Positions 16,099 through 24,763 of a stretch of 39,127 nt of DNA are shown in pieces. The position numbers were made by a program, and so were the translations under genes. Numbering within the stretch: position 1 is the first letter of the stretch; each line of letters opens with the position of its first letter. Location of the stretch: NCBI GenBank assembly GCA_048939245.1, contig JBHLPR010000018.1:1-39127 (forward strand), in the 5' to 3' direction. This DNA comes from Promethearchaeota archaeon. GTDB taxonomy: Archaea; Asgardarchaeota; Hermodarchaeia; Hermodarchaeales; Hermodarchaeaceae. Below the pieces are notes generated by a model, which was not told the origin of the DNA, did no database searches, and saw only the letters and a program-made list of their open reading frames with translations.

Positions 16099-18126
16099 AT
16101 GACTCTTATCAATGATGACGAAATCCTCTATACTCCTGATGAATTAGCATTTCGTAAGCAAGTAAGGGAATTTGTTGATAGAGAAATCAAACCAATAAAC
16201 ACTCAGATTGAAGAACGAACATTCAGTCATCGTCAGCTATTTAAGAAACTTGCCGATGCAGGTTTGTCCGGCTTATTAATCCCTGAAGCATACGGTGGAT
16301 CCCAACAACCCTTTGTTTACCAATTAATTGCAGGTGAAGAAATTTCTGTTATTTCTCCCTCGACTACGATGATGTTTGGTGCCAGCTGTACGCTCAGTGC
16401 GATTCCCATACTCCGGTTTGGCACTGAAGAGCAAAAACAGAAGTATCTTGTTCCTTTAGCAAAAGGTGAGAAAATTGGGGCTTTAGCGATTACTGAACCC
16501 GCTGTGGGCAGTGATACAGCTGGTATGGAAACACAAGCTGTTTGGAATAAGAAAAAAGGGTGTTGGATTCTAAATGGGGAAAAACGCTACATCTCCAATG
16601 GTAGCATTGCAGACCAAATAGTGGTTTTTGCCATTACCGATCCTACAGTAGATAGCAAGAGTGGGATGTCTGCTTTCATCATCGAAACATCATGGAAAGG
16701 CTTCTCTGTTGAACGTGATTTCACGCTAATGGGGCGCTCTGGTGCTACCGTCTCTCATATCAAATTCGATAACATGAAGATTCCGAAAGAAAATCTCCTT
16801 GGAAAAATCAATCAAGGATTTCTCATCCTCATGGATGAGCTAGATTCAGAACGAATTGGAATTGCGGCAGAAGCATTAGGTTGCATGCGGACCCCATTCC
16901 AAATCGCTGTAGATTATTCTCAGCAACGCATCCAATTTCACAGACCCATCTCTCGCTTTGAAGGTGTATCTTTCAAGATTGCCGATATGGCCTTGAAGAT
17001 GAGGGCCGCTCGGTTATTGACCTTATCTGCAGGAAGAATGGTTGACAAGGGGCTTCCCTGCACAAAGGAAGCGACCATGGCTAAACTCTTCGCTACAGAA
17101 GCAGCAGTTGAAGTATGTGATCTAGCAATCCAAATCTGTGGTGGAGCTGGATATGTGAAAGACTACTATCCCTTGGAACAATACTATCGTGATGCTCGCC
17201 TAGGAACCATCGGTGGTGGGACTTCGGAAATTTTACGATACTTGATACAGCGGGAGGTCTTCATTGAACAGAAACGTGAAAAAGCTCAAGACACAGTTTC
17301 AACTGATCTAAGTTCAATTGCCTTCACCACGCTTATGTCTGCGGTTCCCAATGGTTTTCGTCCCGATCGTGCTGAAGGTGTTTCAGCAAAAATCCAATTC
17401 CTTTTCACCGATGAAACCCCTTGGCTACTAACCATCAAGAATCAGAAATGTAGTATCGATCAAACGGAAATCAAAAATCCCATGATGACTGTAAAAACCG
17501 ACTCAACTACATGGCGACGTGTTCTCCTTGGACAAACTGACGCCATGCAGGCGTTAATGGCTAAGCAAGTCACGATTGATACTGATGATATGGATTTGTT
17601 AATGAAATTTGCTCGGATGTTTCGATTTACTCCTCAAATATTCGAAAGGGTTCGTCCAGAATCCAAAGTCCCTAAGAAAGAGAAGAAAGGTCAAACTAAA
17701 TTCATTTTGGGGAAAAGCTTAGATGAAATTAGAATTGGTGAAAAAGCGGAAGGGTCAATGAAAGTCACCAAAGATCATATTGAATGGTATGCAAAGATGT
17801 CTGGTGACTATAACCCCTTACATATGGACGACGAGTATGCCGCAACGACGATGTTTGGCCGTCGCATTGCCCATGGACCCGTTGGCGGTGCATTGGTCGC
17901 ACGAGTAATTGGGATGCAATTACCAGGATTGGGGACACTCGCATATAATATGAAGGTGAATTTTACAGCTCCTGTCTTTCCTGGTGATGAAATAAAAGCG
18001 ATTATTAAAGTGACAGAAAAGGTTCCTGAAAAGAACCTTCTCAAGCTTAGCTTCACCGTAATTAATCAAAAAGGGCTAGAAGTCATGAACGGGTATGCTA
18101 ACGTACTACCCCCCATTAAAGACTAA
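16099..18126 (+). CDS. Fusion protein: acyl-CoA dehydrogenase + SCP2 lipid-binding domain + MaoC (R)-specific enoyl-CoA hydratase
   Basis: ACAD motifs AITEPAVGSD, LNGEKRYISNG, QICGGAGY, YRDARLGTIGGGTSEI. SCP2-like region FRPDRAEGVSAKIQF...DAMQALM...LLMKFARMF. MaoC motif SGDYNPLHMD...FGRRIAHG...FTAPVFPGD. Confidence 0.9.
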   Translation: MTLINDDEILYTPDELAFRKQVREFVDREIKPINTQIEERTFSHRQLFKKLADAGLSGLLIPEAYGGSQQPFVYQLIAGEEISVISPSTTMMFGASCTLSAIPILRFGTEEQKQKYLVPLAKGEKIGALAITEPAVGSDTAGMETQAVWNKKKGCWILNGEKRYISNGSIADQIVVFAITDPTVDSKSGMSAFIIETSWKGFSVERDFTLMGRSGATVSHIKFDNMKIPKENLLGKINQGFLILMDELDSERIGIAAEALGCMRTPFQIAVDYSQQRIQFHRPISRFEGVSFKIADMALKMRAARLLTLSAGRMVDKGLPCTKEATMAKLFATEAAVEVCDLAIQICGGAGYVKDYYPLEQYYRDARLGTIGGGTSEILRYLIQREVFIEQKREKAQDTVSTDLSSIAFTTLMSAVPNGFRPDRAEGVSAKIQFLFTDETPWLLTIKNQKCSIDQTEIKNPMMTVKTDSTTWRRVLLGQTDAMQALMAKQVTIDTDDMDLLMKFARMFRFTPQIFERVRPESKVPKKEKKGQTKFILGKSLDEIRIGEKAEGSMKVTKDHIEWYAKMSGDYNPLHMDDEYAATTMFGRRIAHGPVGGALVARVIGMQLPGLGTLAYNMKVNFTAPVFPGDEIKAIIKVTEKVPEKNLLKLSFTVINQKGLEVMNGYANVLPPIKD

Positions 18127-18218
18127 GTTCACGTGTGTAATTGTTTTTAACTTACATACCTTAATGTACGAATAGGGGTTAGTGAATCACAAGATAACAT
18201 ATCATTACGGAGCGCCAC

Positions 18219-19421
18219 GTGATGGTATATGATGTAATTGTCATTGGGGCAGGTCCTGCGGGATCGATTGCCGCTTATCATTGTGTCAACGCAGGACTAA
18301 ACACGCTACTCCTTGAAAAAACAAAATTTCCTAGAGTGAAACCATGTGGTGGCGCAGTGTCGGTCCGATCCTTGAAGGCATTAGCTCACGTGGGACTACA
18401 GGTACCATCATCAGTTATTGAACAGAAGATTTTTGGTTTCCATTTGATGGGACCTGAAATGAAACCTTTTGAATATCGTTCTAATCGACTTCTCGCTTAC
18501 ACAGTACAACGGGCGAAATTCGACAATTATCTGGCTAATCAGGCAACCAAGGCAGGAGCAGAGTTTATCCAAGAATGTGCTTTGACTGGGCTCGAACAGC
18601 ATCAAAACTATGTTCGATGTGAGACGGAAAAAGGATCCTTCGAAGGCCAATTGGTTATTGGTGCTGATGGTGCGACATCCACGGTTGGAAGCTTAGTTAA
18701 ACTCCGCCATGCAAGAAAACCGAATGAATTCGGGATTGCAGTTGAGGTTGATGTACCGATTGCTGCAAATCTTTGGAGTAAAGGTCTAGACCCTTCACTA
18801 CTCCTGATTTGGTTTCTCAATATTCCGAATGGTTATTTCTGGGTATTCCCACGAAGACATAGTCTTTCATTAGGTGTTGGCGGAATTGCTGGTAAACTTG
18901 GTAATGTTCCTCGTTTGCTTAGAGGATTCTCGAATATGTTTTGTGAGCAGTATGACCTACCACAACTAAATTTACAGAAGCTTCGAGGTCATTTGCTACC
19001 AGTATTTCAATCACTAATTCCCCTAACAGCTCACCGAGTCCTTTTAGTTGGCGATGCAGCTGGATTTATTGACGCCTTTAGTGGTCAAGGTATCTGTTAT
19101 GCACTTGAAAGTGGTATAATTGGCGCACAAACCGCTTTTCGTATAATAAAGCAATCTCAGAATCTTTCCACTGCCTTATTACAATACCGAACTCAGATCT
19201 TGCAGCGCTTTGGTGAAGAACTGCGTTGTAGTTGGTCAGTAATGCGGCACATTCATGCTCATTCTTATGGCGTATTTCGTGTTGCCCGACTCTGGAAATG
19301 GCCAGGCCAAATTCTATTTGATATTGCAAGAGGAAATACCGATTACTACCGAATTTGGCGCAATCCTCTTAGCCTCATCTTTTCACTCTTCATTTCCAAA
19401 CTTCAACTGCGCCTAGGATAG
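18219..19421 (+). CDS. Geranylgeranyl reductase family FAD-dependent oxidoreductase
   Basis: YDVIVIGAGPAGS, FPRVKPCGG, IGADG, GYFWVFP, VGDAAG..DAFSGQGI. Confidence 0.9.
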   Translation: MMVYDVIVIGAGPAGSIAAYHCVNAGLNTLLLEKTKFPRVKPCGGAVSVRSLKALAHVGLQVPSSVIEQKIFGFHLMGPEMKPFEYRSNRLLAYTVQRAKFDNYLANQATKAGAEFIQECALTGLEQHQNYVRCETEKGSFEGQLVIGADGATSTVGSLVKLRHARKPNEFGIAVEVDVPIAANLWSKGLDPSLLLIWFLNIPNGYFWVFPRRHSLSLGVGGIAGKLGNVPRLLRGFSNMFCEQYDLPQLNLQKLRGHLLPVFQSLIPLTAHRVLLVGDAAGFIDAFSGQGICYALESGIIGAQTAFRIIKQSQNLSTALLQYRTQILQRFGEELRCSWSVMRHIHAHSYGVFRVARLWKWPGQILFDIARGNTDYYRIWRNPLSLIFSLFISKLQLRLG

Positions 19422-19464
19422 TCCTTTTAATTTCACGTAATACTGCCCATGTAGGTTACAGTTA

Positions 19465-21378
19465 TTATGTAGAATAGACACCCTGTGATTGTAGATCTTT
19501 AGCTATCTCTGCTAATCCTAAGGTTCGCAGGGTTTCTTCCTTTGGGATTCCAGTTGTCACATCCCATCCATACAACTGATAATACTCATCGAGCATAGGC
19601 TCCAAATTCACGGTTTGACCTTTACTTGGTCCTTTAGCTAAGGGTTCATGGGTGAAACGACGAGGAAGCCGGTCATCTTTTCTTCGAATCCCCTCTCGGA
19701 CATTGAATGCGCGTTTCATTGTAACCAATCGGGCTCCGATATGCATTAGCTCTTCAACATTGTCAAAAGCTGATTCGCCAGTTACCGATGCTAGAAGGGG
19801 TGCAAAATCTTCAACCCAAAATATTGGTGGCCACGAGCACGTATACCAACACACAATTAGGCTATCTCGAATGGTGTAGACTTTCTCCGTTACCACTGTT
19901 GCTAGGGCTTTATGAGTTTCAACGTACGGATCGCAAATATCAGGGAGTTTATCTTCTCCAAATCGTTCTTTCGCCACCTCCTTATACGCCAATTGATCCA
20001 TGGTGACCAAATTACGAAGATGGTCCGCTCCTCGAGCTGCCACCGCATGACCCAACGCCATGGATCGGTGGGCTCGTCCATCTTGCCCTGAGATTTCCAT
20101 AGCCTTTACAGTCATGTCAAAGTGTTCAGCAGCCTTACCTTTTTGTTTCGCAATACGGTGACTACCTTCTGCTGCCAACTTACCCAGACTTTTACGCTGG
20201 GCAATTTGGTGCATCAATTCAATTAAGGCGTCGGTGTTGCCCCATTGTAAGTCTAATTGTGCACGTTCTTCTTTGGTCAATAATCCGTTTTCAGCTAACT
20301 CCATAAGAAACGCTGCTGTGGCGCCTGCACTAATAACATCCATTCCATATTCATTACACAAATGCTGCGCGGCAAGTATGGTGGGAACATCGTCAATTCC
20401 CACATTACTACCCATAGCCATTATTCCCTCATATTCGGGACCCTCAGTGATAAGGCCTTTATGCGGTCCCTCATTCACTTTGAAGGCTTTTTTGCAGGCA
20501 AGACGGCAGGTTCCGCAGGCACGCGTGGTATGATAGTAATGATCATGAAAAGTCTCTGCTGATATTCGATCCCATCCCTCAAACACACCTTCGCGATGAT
20601 TATGAGTGGGTAATTCACCAATACTCTGTTTGGTGGCTACGAGAATTCCCGTGCCATATTTCCGCATTTCAAGAGCTTGGGGATTCGTCTGTACGCGCTC
20701 ATGGGCATCGTGCCACAGGCGTTGGAATTTTTCCGAGTCCGCAACGGAAACCTTTCCTGTTCCTCGCACGAGAAGCGCTTTCAACTTTTTCTGCCCCATG
20801 ACTGCCCCTAATCCTGTACGACCAGCAGCTCGTGCGCCATCGATCATGATTGATGCGAATCGAACCTTGTTTTCTCCCGCAGGTCCAATAAGAGCTACAT
20901 GTCCATGGGGCTGTTTCAAATTACGACGAATCGACTTTGAAGCCATTAGCGTTCTTTGACCCCAATATGGTGATCCTTTATGAAACTGGATTTCTTCATC
21001 CACAATTGATACCACTGTCGGCTGCTTTGCCTCTCCCTCAATGATAATGAAATCGTAGCCCGCGTATTTCACCTCCGGTCCCAAATGCCCACCTACGTGA
21101 CTTTCCGCCCAAATACCAGTCAGTGGTGATTTACTCACCACTGCCATCCGCCCCGCTGTCGGCCAAGCTGTTCCGGTGGCAGGTCCGGTGCAAAATATGA
21201 CTTTATTTTCCTTTCCTAAAGGATCAATCCCCGGTGCCAACTCCTGGTATAAAAGATGGCTAGCATATCCAGTCCCCCCAATGAAACGCCGGGCAATATC
21301 CTTTGACGTCACCTCAACACGAACTTGTTCATCACCCAAGTTAATTCGAAGAATTTTGCCAGTATACCCCTGATACAT
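19465..21378 (-). CDS. aor: Tungsten aldehyde:ferredoxin oxidoreductase family protein
   Basis: GYTGKILRINL, KSPLTG, GPAGENKVRFA, GRTGLGAVMGQKKLKA, CGTCRLAC, EYE, CNEYGMD, EYYQLYGWD. ATG at 21378 follows an AGGTGA ribosome-binding motif. Confidence 0.93.
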   Translation of the reverse strand: MYQGYTGKILRINLGDEQVRVEVTSKDIARRFIGGTGYASHLLYQELAPGIDPLGKENKVIFCTGPATGTAWPTAGRMAVVSKSPLTGIWAESHVGGHLGPEVKYAGYDFIIIEGEAKQPTVVSIVDEEIQFHKGSPYWGQRTLMASKSIRRNLKQPHGHVALIGPAGENKVRFASIMIDGARAAGRTGLGAVMGQKKLKALLVRGTGKVSVADSEKFQRLWHDAHERVQTNPQALEMRKYGTGILVATKQSIGELPTHNHREGVFEGWDRISAETFHDHYYHTTRACGTCRLACKKAFKVNEGPHKGLITEGPEYEGIMAMGSNVGIDDVPTILAAQHLCNEYGMDVISAGATAAFLMELAENGLLTKEERAQLDLQWGNTDALIELMHQIAQRKSLGKLAAEGSHRIAKQKGKAAEHFDMTVKAMEISGQDGRAHRSMALGHAVAARGADHLRNLVTMDQLAYKEVAKERFGEDKLPDICDPYVETHKALATVVTEKVYTIRDSLIVCWYTCSWPPIFWVEDFAPLLASVTGESAFDNVEELMHIGARLVTMKRAFNVREGIRRKDDRLPRRFTHEPLAKGPSKGQTVNLEPMLDEYYQLYGWDVTTGIPKEETLRTLGLAEIAKDLQSQGVYST

Positions 21379-21379
21379 T

Positions 21380-21916
21380 CTAGTCACCTTCCTGCTTTGA
21401 TAGTGCTGGCTCAGTCTGTTTTATAAAATGTTTAAGGGCTACCATCAACTCATCAACTAAAAATTCGCCTTCAACAGTCCCATCAGTCAACACCAACGCA
21501 TCGGTTGGACAAAACTTGACACATTGTGGGTCTCCACCACAAAGATCACATTTCAATGGCATTTCTTTCTCATCATCGAGTCGAATCGCTAACTTATCCA
21601 CTGGATCAACCTGATCACGGCCGATCACACATGCCCGAACACAAGCCCCGCACTGAATACACAACTCACGGTCCACAACAACCGCCGCCGTCTTTGGATC
21701 ACGTGAAATTGCATCCTGCGGGCATGCCTCCAAACAAGGCGCATCCTCACACTGCTGGCACACAATCGGCACATCCTGCACCGTCTCATCAAAGGACAGC
21801 ACATGAATCCGTGCCTTACTTGGCTGAAATACGTCCTCATGAGCATCGCTACAGACCAATTCACACACACGACACCCAGTACACCGACTCGGTATCACGG
21901 CAACATGCAACACCAT
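21380..21916 (-). CDS. Four-[4Fe-4S] electron-transfer subunit co-transcribed with AOR
   Basis: CTGCRVCELVC, CQQCEDAPCLEACP, CIQCGACVRAC, KCDLCGGDPQCVKFCP. Likely start is the ATG at 21916 (MVLHVAV) rather than 22051. Confidence 0.92.
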   Translation of the reverse strand: MVLHVAVIPSRCTGCRVCELVCSDAHEDVFQPSKARIHVLSFDETVQDVPIVCQQCEDAPCLEACPQDAISRDPKTAAVVVDRELCIQCGACVRACVIGRDQVDPVDKLAIRLDDEKEMPLKCDLCGGDPQCVKFCPTDALVLTDGTVEGEFLVDELMVALKHFIKQTEPALSKQEGD

Positions 21917-22077
21917 CACACACCACACACTGCTTTCCTTACAAGCAGAAACCCAGCCAAAAAACTTGTGAATCAACCTTGATAAAAACGCGAAAAGAAT
22001 GAACTCACCGAACAGTTTTTTTATTCTCACACTTATCTGACAAGTGAACAAAAAGAACCAAGTGGAAGCGCAACAAA

Positions 22078-22623
22078 GTGGAAACCGAAGACATAATGCT
22101 CAAACTCGTCGTGGCAGGCGAAGGCGGCGTCGGCAAAACCACATTTGTGCGAAGATATGTCGAAGGTGTATACCATGACAGCCTTTTAACTGTTGGAACC
22201 GCCTTTGCCGCAAAAAGTCTGATAGTCAACGATGGGCATGGACCAACTGCCATCAAACTCCAAATTTGGGACATGGGGGGTGAGAAACGGTTTCGGTTTT
22301 TGTTGCCGAAGTTTTGTTTTGGTGCGCGTGGGGCGATGTTGTGTTTCGATTTGAATCGGTTTAGTACGTTTTTGAAACTTGATGAATGGTTACGACTAAT
22401 CCGTGAAAGCACAGATAATATTCCGATTGTGTTGATTGGGATGAAAGCGGATTTGCATCGGGCGGTGGATCAGAAGGAAGTTATCCAGTTTGCGAAGGCG
22501 AATGGATTTAGGGCGTATTTTGAGACGAGTTCGAAAGATGATTTTAACGTGACACCAGCGTTCGAGTACATTGGCAAAGAGATGCTTGATTACATTCGTC
22601 GGCGTGTAACGCAACCCTCTTAA
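22078..22623 (+). CDS. Ras-superfamily small GTPase, Rab-like (Asgard type)
   Basis: G1 GEGGVGKT, G2 TVG, KLQIWDMGGE (G3), GMKADL (G4), ETSSK (G5). No C-terminal Cys. Confidence 0.93.
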   Translation: METEDIMLKLVVAGEGGVGKTTFVRRYVEGVYHDSLLTVGTAFAAKSLIVNDGHGPTAIKLQIWDMGGEKRFRFLLPKFCFGARGAMLCFDLNRFSTFLKLDEWLRLIRESTDNIPIVLIGMKADLHRAVDQKEVIQFAKANGFRAYFETSSKDDFNVTPAFEYIGKEMLDYIRRRVTQPS

Positions 22624-22675
22624 CTACTTCCTGCTATTCTGATTTTATTGGTCTCAATGTCTGGTGTGACGAAAG

Positions 22676-23986
22676 TTGACAGATAAAATGCTGAAAACGT
22701 TTGGGAAAACCCACTATGTGTCCGAGCTCGGAGCGTCAATGGAGGGGCAATCGGTCACTTTGACGGGGTGGGTACACCGTAAGCGTGAGCATGGAGGCGT
22801 GATCTTTGTAATTGTACGTGATCCAACCGGGCTTATCCAGGTGGCAGGCCATCGGGAACAGGCACCAAGTGCCTTTCAGGCGATGGAAGAGGTGACATTG
22901 GAGTCTTCAATCGTTGTTTCTGGCAAAATTACGGTTGATAAGCGTGCACCTACAGGCATTGAACTACAGGTGACGGAGTTTGAGGTGGTTAATCTAGCTG
23001 ATGCGGAGTGGCCTTTGGAGAAGGATGCAGGAGATGCCTTCCTATTTGATAAACGTCACCTCTACTTACGAAGTCCTAGCCAAATTGCGATTATGCAAAT
23101 TAAAGCCGGAATTAGTCGAGCCGCTCATCAGTTCTTTGATGATGAAGGGTTTACCGAAATTTTTCCTCCAGTTATGGTTGGAGCTAGTGTCGAGGGAGGT
23201 GCAACCCTCTTTCCCTTCAAGTATTTTGATAGAACAGCCTATTTGAGTCAAAGTGCGCAATTATATGAGGAGGCAGCGATTTGTGGACTGGAAAAAGTCT
23301 ATCTGCTGTCTCCCAGCTTTCGTGCAGAAAAGCATCGAACACGACGGCATTTAACTGAGTATTGGCATCTTGAATCTGAAATTCTCTTTGGAACACATGA
23401 CGATATCATGGGCGTCCAAGAACGATTAACTCATGCGATGGTTGGCTATGTGGAAGCGAATTTCCAGTCTCAACTGGAGATTCTCAAAGTGAAGATAAGG
23501 GTGCCCAAGTTGCCCTTTAAACGAGTGTCCTATGATAAGGCGCTGGAAATTGCTAAAAAGCAGGGATTTAAGGTACCATGGGGCCAAGATTTAGGAACTG
23601 AAGCAGAACGAGCCGTTTCCAAGGCCTTCAAAGATCCTTTCTTCATTACTGGTTATCCAACTTCCGCCCGCTCGTTTTATCATATGCCAGACCCGGAGCG
23701 CCCAGAGATAACCCTCAGTAGCGATCTTATTGCCCCTGGTGGCTATGGAGAATTAACAAGTGGGGGGCAACGGATTCACGACTTAGATCTCTTACTCCAA
23801 CGAATCAAGAATGAAAAACTCGATCCGTCTGCCTACGACTGGTACCTAGAACTCCGAAAATTTGGACTCCCCCCGCATTCCGGTTTTGGTATGGGATTAG
23901 AGCGATTTTTGGTTTGGCTACTTAAACTGAAGCACATCCGTGAAGCGTGTCTCTTCCCGCGCACACCCACTCGAATTCATCCGTGA
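22676..23986 (+). CDS. asnS: Asparagine--tRNA ligase (archaeal type)
   Basis: OB-fold N-terminus (GWVHRKR), YLSQSAQLY, PSFRAEKHRTRRHLTEYWHLE, GGQRI, PPHSGFGMGLER. Closer to the archaeal AsnRS pattern than to AspRS. Confidence 0.88.
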   Translation: MTDKMLKTFGKTHYVSELGASMEGQSVTLTGWVHRKREHGGVIFVIVRDPTGLIQVAGHREQAPSAFQAMEEVTLESSIVVSGKITVDKRAPTGIELQVTEFEVVNLADAEWPLEKDAGDAFLFDKRHLYLRSPSQIAIMQIKAGISRAAHQFFDDEGFTEIFPPVMVGASVEGGATLFPFKYFDRTAYLSQSAQLYEEAAICGLEKVYLLSPSFRAEKHRTRRHLTEYWHLESEILFGTHDDIMGVQERLTHAMVGYVEANFQSQLEILKVKIRVPKLPFKRVSYDKALEIAKKQGFKVPWGQDLGTEAERAVSKAFKDPFFITGYPTSARSFYHMPDPERPEITLSSDLIAPGGYGELTSGGQRIHDLDLLLQRIKNEKLDPSAYDWYLELRKFGLPPHSGFGMGLERFLVWLLKLKHIREACLFPRTPTRIHP

Positions 23987-24079
23987 GATGCTGACTAAAA
24001 AACCCTTATTCATGAAAATTTGGTGTCGGGGCAAGCTTAAAGACAAGTAATCGTTCTAGTAATCCGCTCGGATATCCAG

Positions 24080-24763
24080 GTGCCGTTCATGGTAGTACAT
24101 GCAGTTTGGGTCATTGATACCAGCGGAATTCCCCTATACCATAAAGCCTATTCACCCCTCGAATTTGATCCAACCCTGTTTAGCAGCTTTTTTTCATCAC
24201 TCGTACACTTTCAAACTGAAATGATGGGGCGCCAACTCCAAGATATCACTTTTGAAGACCTTTCTTTCAGCTATATTGTTGATACTGGTTTGGTCTTTTT
24301 AGCTTGTGTAAAAAAGGATGCTTCCACTGGGAAGTTGCTCGAATCGCTACGAGATGTTTTCTTTCAATACTTCAAAGATGATTTAATCCTTCTTAGCTCG
24401 TTACTTCGAACTAGCCCCCGCGCTCGGCAGCTCCTTCGGGAATTCGAAGTTGAAGTTGATAAAATTGTAGGTTTCGAACCACAAAAAGAACCTCTTCCCG
24501 TCCGAATCACAGCGGTTCCACGATTACTCCATAAGGATTCGCCTGTTCGACAAGATCTTCTTCGACGTTTTGGTATGAATTCTATTCTTGTCATTATTCT
24601 TTCAGATGGAGAACATCGTATCAGCGATATCGCTGAAGCACTAGATCTTCCCTCAAAAGAGATTGAAGAAATTATTCGCCACGCTCAACGCCGTGGTTAC
24701 CTGAAAGTCGTATCTGCCTATGACTCAATTGAACCTAGTCCCGAATCCTATTTTCCCGATTAG
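24080..24763 (+). CDS. Longin-fold protein with C-terminal winged helix
   Basis: AVWVIDTSGIPLYHKAY...DPTLFSSFFSSL...GLVFLACV...LLESLRDVFFQYF is the longin pattern. DGEHRISDIAEALDLPSKEIEEIIRHAQRRGYLKV is a wHTH. Confidence 0.8.
   Translation: MPFMVVHAVWVIDTSGIPLYHKAYSPLEFDPTLFSSFFSSLVHFQTEMMGRQLQDITFEDLSFSYIVDTGLVFLACVKKDASTGKLLESLRDVFFQYFKDDLILLSSLLRTSPRARQLLREFEVEVDKIVGFEPQKEPLPVRITAVPRLLHKDSPVRQDLLRRFGMNSILVIILSDGEHRISDIAEALDLPSKEIEEIIRHAQRRGYLKVVSAYDSIEPSPESYFPD

Noticed and set aside
21526-22002. 158-aa His/Pro/Thr-rich + strand ORF
   Set aside because: Antisense to the Fe-S gene; its openness follows from the local A/C-rich strand bias.
21917-22051. N-terminal 45 aa of the Fe-S ORF as given in the track
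   Set aside because: The ferredoxin fold begins at MVLHVAV (21916); the extension covers the divergent promoter region.
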